A stretch of DNA of 22,231 nt from a virus. Taxonomy: Duplodnaviria; Heunggongvirae; Uroviricota; Caudoviricetes. A program made the position numbers and the translations under genes. Where the stretch lies: positions 1 to 22,231 of the IMG/VR virus record IMGVR_UViG_3300048924_000203; one strand, written 5' to 3'. The notes under the pieces are model-generated. The model was given only the letters and a program-made list of their open reading frames with translations. It was not told where the DNA came from and did no database searches. Below are positions 1-6,638 of this stretch, piece after piece; position 1 is the first letter of the stretch; the number at the start of each line of letters is the position of its first letter.

Positions 1-85
1 TGCTGCTCGAGTTGACCGGCAACGGCGAACAGTCCATCCGCAGTGACTCGCAGTGCCCCCATGCCTGCAGTTTAGCGGCGAGATT

Positions 86-131
86 TGGTGCCCTCGGTGA
101 GATTCGAACTCACACTGCACGGATTTTGAGT
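86..131 (-). repeat. att core: 3' half of tRNA-Leu(CAA), from the anticodon loop to CCA
   Basis: Minus strand reads A-CTCAAAA-TCCGT-GCAGT-GTGAG-TTCGAAT-CTCAC-CGAGGGC-A-CCA (anticodon loop CAA, T-arm with TTCGA, acceptor strand, CCA). The D-arm and 5' half are absent, so this is not an intact tRNA. Confidence 0.9.
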
Positions 132-135
132 TAGT

Positions 136-234
136 CTTCGCCTGCTTTCGCCTGCGTTCGTTATCTTTCGCCGCATCAACACCATCCACGACACCGGCTT
201 TCGCCTGCCTTCGTGACGTTTCGCCTGCTTTCGG
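136..234 (+). repeat. Two arrays of four 10-bp-phased TTCG(CCTGC) direct repeats next to att; candidate RDF/Xis or arm-type binding sites
   Basis: TTCG at 137, 147, 157, 167 and again at 200, 210, 220, 230; several units match TTTCGCCTGC. Confidence 0.7.
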
Positions 235-243
235 GACCGTTTG

Positions 244-261
244 TAACCGGAAACTAACCGG
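244..261 (+). repeat. TAACCGG direct-repeat pair (11-bp period), candidate integrase arm-type sites
   Basis: TAACCGG at 244-250 and 255-261, about 115 bp from the att core. Confidence 0.45.
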
Positions 262-658
262 TACGCGATCCTGGCGGCCACCGCTGATCGAGGTCCACGA
301 TCCCGTTGATCACGTTGAGCTGGCCGATGCGCGGCAGCGGTTCCATGCCCGCCGCGAAGCTGCCAGCGATCTCCATGATCTGACCGAGCGCACGGGGCAA
401 TTGCTTGGGCTCGATGCTGGCTATGACTGGCCTGATTGCGCGTACGAAGTCCGCGAGCATCGTCGGGATGACCATGTGCAGCTCAGACAGGCCGAGTGCG
501 TGCATGACGGCGGGGATGTCTGCGGTGAGCTGACCTGCTTCGATGGCGTCGACGGCCTCTGTCTCGATGCCCGCTTCGTCGGCGAGGCGGTCCTTTGACC
601 ACTCGCGCGCCAGCCTGGCGCTACGAATGTCGTCAGCGAAGTCCACAGTCACACGCAC
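254..658 (-). CDS. XRE-family helix-turn-helix protein (134 aa)
   Basis: N-terminal IRSARLAREWSKDRLADEAGIETEAVDAIEAG matches the XRE HTH pattern. Confidence 0.8.
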   Translation of the reverse strand: MRVTVDFADDIRSARLAREWSKDRLADEAGIETEAVDAIEAGQLTADIPAVMHALGLSELHMVIPTMLADFVRAIRPVIASIEPKQLPRALGQIMEIAGSFAAGMEPLPRIGQLNVINGIVDLDQRWPPGSRTG

Positions 659-686
659 GAGGGTAGGGAATCCTCATTTCTGGGAA

Positions 687-715
687 TCGACTGTCAGATT
701 GCCCACATTTAGGTT
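687..715 (+). promoter_or_regulatory. Possible SigA-type promoter for the small rightward gene
   Basis: TCGACT-N17-TAGGTT in the AT-richer intergenic gap. Confidence 0.35.
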
Positions 716-757
716 TACGATCGCGCCAATAACTGTCGTTTGATGGGTGGGGTGGTA

Positions 758-976
758 ATGCGCGCGGGGTATGAGGCGAACAGGCAACAGCTCGTTGCTG
801 AGTTCGAGGGGGTAATCCGGTCACTGCGGATTTCTGAGTTGACCAGCCGTGATCTCTGCGACCTCCTACGCGTGCTCTACATGGTCATCCGCCGCCGCCG
901 GGGGAGCGCCGCCGCCGAGGAGATCGCCAACAGTGCCCGTTCCGCTGCGGAAGCGCCGCGACTTCGACTTGTGTAG
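758..976 (+). CDS. Small hypothetical protein (72 aa), divergent from the XRE gene
   Basis: ATG at 758 after a GGGGTGG RBS-like tract; helical-looking product ending PRLRLV; overlaps the repressor 3' end antisense. Confidence 0.55.
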   Translation: MRAGYEANRQQLVAEFEGVIRSLRISELTSRDLCDLLRVLYMVIRRRRGSAAAEEIANSARSAAEAPRLRLV

Positions 977-1324
977 AGGCTCAACTTCCGGCGCAGGCTC
1001 TGCGCCGATCGGCTGACGTCCGGCCAGGCGGACCTTCAACTCTTCGATCAGTTCGTCGTCGGGTATGTCGCCCAGCCCTCGGTGAACTTCTATCGTCTCG
1101 CCGGCCTCCGCTTCGGCGATGAACCCTGCGGCGACGAGTGCCTCGACGGGCGGTCGGCTGTAGGCCCGCGCGAACTGTATGGCTAGCTCGGCGCTGGGCC
1201 GCGGGGTCTGCCCCGTCTTCCAGCGCGAGAGGGCGCCGGCGTCGATTCCTGACTGTTCGGCGATGTCCTTCTGCGCAGCTCCCTTACCTACGCGCTCGAC
1301 GTAGGACCACCAGGTCGTTGCCAT
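866..1324 (-). CDS. Immunity repressor (XRE HTH), 152 aa
   Basis: MATTWWSYVERV...QKDIAEQSGIDAGALSRWKTG...ALVAAGFI resembles mycobacteriophage repressors; divergent from Cro. Start re-called to ATG 1324 because the upstream in-frame extension covers operator palindromes. Confidence 0.85.
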   Translation of the reverse strand: MATTWWSYVERVGKGAAQKDIAEQSGIDAGALSRWKTGQTPRPSAELAIQFARAYSRPPVEALVAAGFIAEAEAGETIEVHRGLGDIPDDELIEELKVRLAGRQPIGAEPAPEVEPLHKSKSRRFRSGTGTVGDLLGGGAPPAAADDHVEHA

Positions 1325-1337
1325 CCGAGCAGCGTAC

Positions 1338-1388
1338 TTGCATAGACGCAATTGCGTAGGTGCTGTTCGGCACATTGTGTTCACGCAA
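1338..1388. promoter_or_regulatory. Candidate 14-bp operators, consensus TTGCGT-NN-ACGCAA
   Basis: TTGCATAGACGCAA (1338-1351), weaker TTGCGTAGGTGCTG (1352-1365) and TTGTGTTCACGCAA (1375-1388), just upstream of the repressor start. Confidence 0.6.
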
Positions 1389-1474
1389 TCATGCTGGCAG
1401 GCGAGTTACATGCGTGTGATTTCGCATGTCATCGCCACAATTCGCCTCCGTTATCAATCTGTTACCTAACCTCA

Positions 1475-1513
1475 TTGTCTAGACATGATTGATCCCATAC
1501 GATCAATCATGTC
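1475..1513 (+). promoter_or_regulatory. Early rightward promoter overlapped by a perfect 13-6-13 inverted repeat
   Basis: TTGTCT (1475-1480)-N17-TACGAT (1498-1503); GACATGATTGATC-ccatac-GATCAATCATGTC at 1482-1513. Confidence 0.7.
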
Positions 1514-1541
1514 CAAACAAACATGCAGATCAGGAGGTGAA

Positions 1542-1787
1542 ATGTTGGCGACACTCGCGCTCAAACCCGACGGACTCGCGAAGGTCCGCAAGCTCGCGCG
1601 CATCGACACCGACGCCGAACTCGCCAGACGTGCCCGCATCGATCCCGGCAATCTCTCGCGCGTCCTCAGCGGCAAGGCCGCACCCGGCCCGAAGTTCATC
1701 GCCGGGATGTTGGAGACCTTCGGCACCGAATGGTTCAGCGACCTCTTCGAGGTGCTCCCGTCCGAGGTTGACGGGGAGGTCGCATGA
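1542..1787 (+). CDS. Cro-like HTH protein (81 aa)
   Basis: GGAGG RBS at 1533-1537 before ATG 1542; HTH DAELARRARIDPGNLSRVLSG; first gene divergent from the repressor. Confidence 0.85.
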   Translation: MLATLALKPDGLAKVRKLARIDTDAELARRARIDPGNLSRVLSGKAAPGPKFIAGMLETFGTEWFSDLFEVLPSEVDGEVA

Positions 1788-2023
1788 TCACCGACCTGAC
1801 ACAGGCGCCCGACGTCGTCGACCAGGACCAGGCCGCCAGCCACGCGCCCGCGCAACTGTTCGACCAGAAAGCGACTCGTGCCCGTCTCGGCGGCATCGGC
1901 CTCACGAAGCTCTACGAGCTGTGGCGGAGCGGCGAACTCGGCTCCGTCTACGTCGGGAAGCTCCGTTTCTCGTCCGAGGCTCAGATCACGGACTACATCC
2001 AGCGGCTGGAGTCGGCATCATGA
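1784..2023 (+). CDS. Excisionase-like (HTH_17/AlpA-type) DNA-binding protein
   Basis: RARLGGIGLTKLYELWRSGELGSVYVGKLR winged-helix pattern; position directly after Cro. Confidence 0.7.
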   Translation: MITDLTQAPDVVDQDQAASHAPAQLFDQKATRARLGGIGLTKLYELWRSGELGSVYVGKLRFSSEAQITDYIQRLESAS

Positions 2024-2361
2024 CCGCGCGCCGGAAGCCGATCCTCCCTGAGGTACTCCGCCTACTCGGCTCGACGCCGCAGCGACCGCTTGCCATCGAG
2101 GGCGCGCTGGACAAGTCCAATCGGAACACCAAGACGTTGTCCGACCTCGCGGCCGACATACTCCGCTCAGTCGGCACACACCGCTGCAACGACTGTGGCG
2201 ACAGCATCACCGTCACCGCGGCGGCCGGTGTCGCTGAGTTCGCGGCGTATCACCGCTGGCTTGGCCGACATGAGCGTTGCGACGAGATCGATCGCCTACG
2301 CGATGAATCGCAGGCGATCGCTGATCGGCGTGCTGCGGCCGAAGGGCGGGTGGCCCTGTGA
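2020..2361 (+). CDS. Hypothetical phage protein (113 aa) with CxxC
   Basis: ATGA overlap with the preceding stop; C-terminal part of the supplied 1489..2361 frame. Confidence 0.65.
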   Translation: MTARRKPILPEVLRLLGSTPQRPLAIEGALDKSNRNTKTLSDLAADILRSVGTHRCNDCGDSITVTAAAGVAEFAAYHRWLGRHERCDEIDRLRDESQAIADRRAAAEGRVAL

Positions 2362-2525
2362 ACGCCGCGTGGGCTTGGGCGATGGTTTTCTCCTGCGCGG
2401 TCGCCGGTGTGACCGGATGGATCGTCTCCGGCCGCGTGATCCTACGGTGCGCCGACAACGAGGAGCGTTCGTTGGCGCACGTGCCGGGCGACGACTTCCC
2501 TGAAGACGATTGGTGCGCCCAGTGA
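2358..2525 (+). CDS. Small single-pass membrane protein (55 aa; not in supplied track)
   Basis: GTGA overlaps at both ends; MNAAWAWAMVFSCAVAGVTGWIVSGRVILRCADNEERSLAHVPGDDFPEDDWCAQ has a hydrophobic N-terminus and an acidic tail. Confidence 0.65.
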   Translation: MNAAWAWAMVFSCAVAGVTGWIVSGRVILRCADNEERSLAHVPGDDFPEDDWCAQ

Positions 2526-2944
2526 TTCGCCGTGGGCTGGCCGAATTCGGTCGGTGGATCGAGGGTCTGGTGGCCCCCGCGCCGCAGGTGCAGTTCGGGG
2601 TCGATGAGGCTCGCGAGGCGCAGCAGACGCACGACGCCGATGAGCTGATGGCGTTTTTCAATCTTGATCCTGCCGCTGCGGATGCGGCAGGAACTGGCCC
2701 CGGCGAGGCGAGCGTTCCCCCCACGCCCTCGCCGGGGCAACCCGACCCCGTCGACCAGGCCGACGCAGTGCGGCTGCTGATCGAAGACCACTACATCACG
2801 TCGGTCTCCTGCGACACCGTCTGCGCCTGCGGCCAGTGGCGTGGACACCACGCCTCGCACGCCGATCACGTGGCCGACGTCGTTAGCAACATGCTCACCG
2901 CTGATGCGCGAATGGCTGCTGCCACCAACAAGTTTCGCAGTTAA
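2522..2944 (+). CDS. Hypothetical phage protein (140 aa), C-terminal Cys/His motif
   Basis: GTGA-coupled start; CDTVCACGQWRGHHASHADHVA is a possible metal-binding motif. Confidence 0.7.
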   Translation: MIRRGLAEFGRWIEGLVAPAPQVQFGVDEAREAQQTHDADELMAFFNLDPAAADAAGTGPGEASVPPTPSPGQPDPVDQADAVRLLIEDHYITSVSCDTVCACGQWRGHHASHADHVADVVSNMLTADARMAAATNKFRS

Positions 2945-2946
2945 GA

Positions 2947-2976
2947 AGGCCTCGACCGGGGCAACGGTCGAGGCCT
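2947..2976. terminator. Strong hairpin (12-bp stem); possible terminator or processing stem
   Basis: AGGCCTCGACCG-gggcaa-CGGTCGAGGCCT; a short pyrimidine tract follows it only on the minus strand. Confidence 0.55.
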
Positions 2977-3014
2977 GAACACAGAGAAAAACACACCCGA
3001 TGAAAGGAAACTCC

Positions 3015-4328
3015 ATGTCCGCACACATCCTATCCACCCGGCAGATTCTTGCCGGCATAACGGCCGGAGCGGCTATCGCAGCCGCTATCGCCGGTACCCC
3101 CAACGCCCAGGCCGCGTCTCTGTTCGTACCTGGCACTGACGGCACCAGGCCTGGCGCGGCCAACACCGTCGACGTGTCCTGGCTGGACCACGGCCGGTTC
3201 GGCACCACCGCAGCATGCATCTGCGACAGCAACCTGTACCCGGCCAGGCTCGGCCCCGGCGTCGGGAACGACAGCGCGGCGCGCGGTAAGGAAGCCGTGG
3301 TGCAATACCTGCTCGCGCACCCCGAGATCGAAGACGTGATCGGCGGCTCGCAGGGCGCCGGCGTGGTCTACGAGGCCGCGATGGATCCGCGTTTGGCCGG
3401 TCGCACGCTCCACCTGCATCTGTACTCGAACATGGACACCCCCGGTACGTCGGCTCGCGCTCGCGGTGTCAAGGGCCAGGACATCCCGTTCACCGGGCTC
3501 GAAGGCGGCGAGACGCCGAACACCAGCGGCCCGAACGTCGACATCACCACGGTGAATCACGAATGGGACCCGATCGCCCGCGCTCCCAAGTACCAGCTGA
3601 GCTACCTGTTGTCGGTGCCGACGGGCGTCGTCGGGTTCCTGGTTTACCACGGGGCGCTGGGTGGGCCGTACGGCGCGATGCAGATCAACTACGACGGCGC
3701 GACGGTGACCAAAACCGGCAACCACACGGTGATCACGCTGCGCGACCCACTGACCCCGTGGGGCCAGCTCGCCACCATCGCGGTGACCAACGTCGCCGGG
3801 GAGCGCGCGGGCTACGTGTTCCAGACGTTGATCAAGCCCGCCGACGACGTGCTGTCCGGATTCCTCAAAGCCACCGGCGGCTACGACGTGCCTGGCGTGG
3901 CCACGGTAGGACCGACGACACCCGGCGAGCTGGCGCACGCCGCCCAGCACTTGGTGAACGGGTTCACCAATGCCGCAAAGGATTTTGCTGCTATCCCGGC
4001 CAAGCTGGCTGCTTGTCCCAAGCCGAAGGTCACCACGCCGCCGACGGCCGCGGACGTGCCAGCTAGCACGCCTAGCTCGGCTAGCTCGATCACGTTGACC
4101 GCCGACCAGACCGCCAAGGCGGTGTCGAAGCCCAAGACCGACAAGCAGGCCAAGGTCGACAAGCCGAAGCGTTCGTCGCAGCTCGGCGGCCCTGGTAATC
4201 CGGTGCACGACACCGTCAAGACGGTGCAGGGCGTGCTCAAGCAGTTTGCACCGAAGCCGGCTCCGAAGCCGAAGTCGGCTCCAAAAGCCAAGCACGCCAG
4301 CGGCGTTGATGCGGGCGGTGCATCGTGA
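3015..4328 (+). CDS. Secreted PE-PPE-domain (alpha/beta serine hydrolase-like) protein, 437 aa
   Basis: AAAGGA RBS; signal peptide ending AQA; GGSQGAG nucleophile elbow; EWDPIARAP and YHG candidates for Asp/His; Lys/Pro/Ala-rich tail typical of mycobacterial PE-PPE-domain proteins. Confidence 0.75.
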   Translation: MSAHILSTRQILAGITAGAAIAAAIAGTPNAQAASLFVPGTDGTRPGAANTVDVSWLDHGRFGTTAACICDSNLYPARLGPGVGNDSAARGKEAVVQYLLAHPEIEDVIGGSQGAGVVYEAAMDPRLAGRTLHLHLYSNMDTPGTSARARGVKGQDIPFTGLEGGETPNTSGPNVDITTVNHEWDPIARAPKYQLSYLLSVPTGVVGFLVYHGALGGPYGAMQINYDGATVTKTGNHTVITLRDPLTPWGQLATIAVTNVAGERAGYVFQTLIKPADDVLSGFLKATGGYDVPGVATVGPTTPGELAHAAQHLVNGFTNAAKDFAAIPAKLAACPKPKVTTPPTAADVPASTPSSASSITLTADQTAKAVSKPKTDKQAKVDKPKRSSQLGGPGNPVHDTVKTVQGVLKQFAPKPAPKPKSAPKAKHASGVDAGGAS

Positions 4329-4624
4329 GCTTGGCCGAGACCATGAGGGCGGTCGACCAGCTCGCTATCGCGTTCTGGTTCGACTACCTGCCGCCCGGCG
4401 CGCGGCCCCTGGATACCCGGGACCAGGCCGCGATGCAGCGGGCATTCCACCGGGCGCTGGCCTACGGCATCGAGGTCGGTCTGACCGCTCAGCAGGTTGC
4501 AGACGCCGCGTTCTACGGGCGCCGGGTGGCCCTGGCTGGCAACACGCCGGTGTGCCTGGCTGGTCGGTCGTTTCACAAGTTCGCCTCCGACGTGGAGGCG
4601 TGTTTTCAGAGGGGAGAGAGCTAG
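4325..4624 (+). CDS. Hypothetical protein (99 aa)
   Basis: GTGA overlap with the preceding stop; ordered, helical-looking sequence. Confidence 0.65.
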   Translation: MSLAETMRAVDQLAIAFWFDYLPPGARPLDTRDQAAMQRAFHRALAYGIEVGLTAQQVADAAFYGRRVALAGNTPVCLAGRSFHKFASDVEACFQRGES

Positions 4625-4678
4625 ATGGGTGCCTGTGGTCTACCCGCCGCACCGACCGGGACAAATATGCGAAACCTA

Positions 4679-4707
4679 TTGTCTTACAAGGGCTTTCGGC
4701 ATAGGAT
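4679..4707 (+). promoter_or_regulatory. Internal SigA-type promoter, near copy of the Cro promoter hexamers
   Basis: TTGTCT (4679-4684)-N17-TAGGAT (4702-4707) in a 246-bp gap. Confidence 0.6.
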
Positions 4708-4870
4708 GAGTGTATCAGCTAGCGGAATTGAGTCCGCAGGCGTGACGGAACGGAGTCCGGAATCCACTGACCGATCCATTTGGATCGGAAACACCGACAG
4801 CGGGCGAACTTTGGCGAGCGCTCCCGCTGCCGGTGCCATTCACCACAACACCCATGGAAGGGGTTGCAGC

Positions 4871-5083
4871 ATGTCCGAAAGTACCCGAAAGCCGGAACGG
4901 AACACCCGTTCGGTCCCGCCCGAAGTGACCGCAGCGATGGCCGAGCTGCACGACGTGCTCGACTCGCTGGCCGACTTGAACATCCCGACTCTCGGGGGGA
5001 TCGCCAGGGACGCCAAGCGGGCTGCAACGGTCTGCACCGACGCACTCCTTGACATGGCCGCAGATATGGCGGTGTCGGCATGA
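4871..5083 (+). CDS. Hypothetical protein (70 aa)
   Basis: GGAAGGGG RBS-like tract before ATG 4871; stop overlaps the next ATG. Confidence 0.65.
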   Translation: MSESTRKPERNTRSVPPEVTAAMAELHDVLDSLADLNIPTLGGIARDAKRAATVCTDALLDMAADMAVSA

Positions 5084-5484
5084 TCCACACGACGGTTCAC
5101 AAACGCACCGCCCGCCGCATCGTCGCTACTGCAGCATCTGTGATCGCCTTCGGCGCAACGGCTATCGGCTACGCAGGCCACGCCCAGGCCGACTACGCGC
5201 CGGGGTGTGAGCGCATCGTCTGGGGTTTCATGATGTCCGGCTACCGCACGATCTGCGACGGGCCACGCCACCCCGACGGGTCGTGGGATCGAACCCGCCG
5301 GGAGTGGACCCCCGGCGGCAACGTGCCCTATCGGGTGAACTGCGGCGGCTACTCGTGCTGGTCGTCGGGCGGCTACTACCGGGCCGAGTCCACGCAGCGA
5401 TTCGACATGTACCCCGTCACCGATGACACGGTGCTCCCGAACGAGCCCGGTTGGCTGCCAGCGGGATCGGTGGTCATCCGATGA
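5080..5484 (+). CDS. Secreted CDGP-motif protein (mycobacterial family)
   Basis: Signal peptide ending AQA-D; ICDGPRHPDGSWDR and YPVTDDTVLPNEPGWL motifs. Confidence 0.75.
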   Translation: MIHTTVHKRTARRIVATAASVIAFGATAIGYAGHAQADYAPGCERIVWGFMMSGYRTICDGPRHPDGSWDRTRREWTPGGNVPYRVNCGGYSCWSSGGYYRAESTQRFDMYPVTDDTVLPNEPGWLPAGSVVIR

Positions 5485-5582
5485 GGCCGTACATGGAGCT
5501 GGTCGGCGGAGTGATGGTGCTGCTGGGCTGGCTGGTTGCCCTGGCCCTGGCCCCGCTGGTGTACGCGGCGGTGACCCGATGA
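5481..5582 (+). CDS. Tiny membrane peptide (33 aa; not in supplied track)
   Basis: ATGA overlaps at both ends; MRPYMELVGGVMVLLGWLVALALAPLVYAAVTR. Confidence 0.6.
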   Translation: MRPYMELVGGVMVLLGWLVALALAPLVYAAVTR

Positions 5583-5773
5583 ATCCGGCGGAAGCCGTGC
5601 CAGCCGAGTTTGATCGAGTGAAGGCCATCGTCGACGCGCACGGTGCCGCTCTGATGTTGAATCCCGAAGGGGGCCTACTGGTCTTCCCTTCTCGCCGTTG
5701 GCGGTACCGGGGCCGGCATCGAGCCAACCGTTTCAGCGTCCGCGTTCACGACCTCACTGGCGGTGCGTTATGA
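5579..5773 (+). CDS. Hypothetical protein (64 aa)
   Basis: ATGA overlaps at both ends; MNPAEAVPAEF... Confidence 0.55.
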   Translation: MNPAEAVPAEFDRVKAIVDAHGAALMLNPEGGLLVFPSRRWRYRGRHRANRFSVRVHDLTGGAL

Positions 5774-6267
5774 GCGATTTGGAACGCGTCTTCGTCGTCC
5801 GTCCGGCCTACGACTGCATTGGTGTCCAGCCGTGCGTCCACGGGTCTTTGAACTGCAAGCCCGGTACCGGCGGATCTCATGGTCGGCACAACGCCGAGAT
5901 GAATTTCACCGTTCGGGGCCCGGATGCAGAGATCACCTTGGTGATCGGAACAGGGTGGGATTTGCCGACGGTTCCCAAGCATCACCGGATCAGGAAGTTG
6001 CTGGAGTGCCCCAGTGGACGTTTCGTCGAAATGCACACAGCTCACCCACGTTTCGAAGGCCAAGCGGGCAACGAACCTGGTGGCGACGGAACGTGCAAGG
6101 ACTGGACCGGGTGCTACATCAGCACCGGGTATCGGATGGCAGAAGAACCGGCTCTTCTCCTGGTCGAGAAGGGGTCCGATGCAGTGTGGGAGTGGCTCGA
6201 AACCCTCTACGCGGAAACACAATCCGAGATGGCCGCAGTGCGTGCGGCTGGGGAGGCCAACTCATGA
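5770..6267 (+). CDS. Hypothetical phage protein (165 aa), Cys/His-containing
   Basis: ATGA-coupled; MSDLERVFVVRPAYDC... Confidence 0.7.
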   Translation: MSDLERVFVVRPAYDCIGVQPCVHGSLNCKPGTGGSHGRHNAEMNFTVRGPDAEITLVIGTGWDLPTVPKHHRIRKLLECPSGRFVEMHTAHPRFEGQAGNEPGGDGTCKDWTGCYISTGYRMAEEPALLLVEKGSDAVWEWLETLYAETQSEMAAVRAAGEANS

Positions 6268-6638
6268 CTGTCCTGCATGAGCAGCAAGCGGTGGATTGGT
6301 TGGCGGTGGAGTTCGTGTGCAACGGCACTCCGATGCGTCTCGGTGATGATCGAGCCACGTTGGAGGCGGCGGTGTTGACGATCGGGTTCCAACTGACGGT
6401 GAAGCAGATCGCGGAACGCTGCGGCACGCACACCTGCAGGGTGTCCCGCATCCTGAATGATCACGGCGCGGTCCAGTGCCTGATCTGCCGACGGAACCTG
6501 CTGTGCACCAACGGGATCACCCCTGAGCATGTTGGATCGAATGGTCTGCGGTGCGGCATGTCTGGCTACCAGATCGGCGATGCCGCACGGGCAGGTTTGA
6601 TCCGGGCTGCCAACCGCAAGATGGCGAGGCTCGGATGA
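6264..6638 (+). CDS. HTH DNA-binding protein with C-terminal CxxC
   Basis: LTVKQIAERCGTHTCRVSRIL HTH; CLICRR; ATGA-coupled. Confidence 0.65.
   Translation: MTVLHEQQAVDWLAVEFVCNGTPMRLGDDRATLEAAVLTIGFQLTVKQIAERCGTHTCRVSRILNDHGAVQCLICRRNLLCTNGITPEHVGSNGLRCGMSGYQIGDAARAGLIRAANRKMARLG

Noticed and set aside
86-131. Intact tRNA-Leu gene
   Set aside because: Only the anticodon loop to CCA is present; the D-arm and 5' acceptor strand are replaced by the repeat array.
3-134. Open plus-strand frame running through att (LLELTG...GALGEIRTHTARILS*), suggesting integration-dependent truncation of a gene
   Set aside because: The att-spanning part is just the antisense translation of the tRNA; the start is outside the window and nothing is recognisable as an integrase or repressor.
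136-234. CRISPR-like array
   Set aside because: Units are 10 bp and contiguous with no unique spacers; no cas genes.
1325-1384. Longer repressor start at 1384
   Set aside because: The extension covers operator palindromes and lacks HTH context; ATG 1324 fits better.
1489-2019. N-terminal part of the 290-aa ORF 1489..2361
   Set aside because: Arg/Pro/Ser-rich off-frame read of Cro and Xis; the real gene starts at the ATGA overlap at 2020.
2213-3232. 339-aa minus-strand ORF
   Set aside because: Spans several well-coupled plus-strand genes; composition looks like shadow translation.
3030-4295. 421-aa minus-strand ORF
   Set aside because: Antisense shadow of the PE-PPE gene, expected in high-GC DNA with biased third positions; no motifs or RBS.
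3015-4328. LysB or a type VII-secreted PE/PPE/WXG100 toxin system
   Set aside because: No lysin or holin context, no N-terminal PE, PPE or WXG motif, and no toxin-immunity pair; it has a Sec-type signal instead.
4625-4870. N-terminal extension of ORF 4625..5083
   Set aside because: Overlaps a good promoter and hairpins; the RBS supports ATG 4871.
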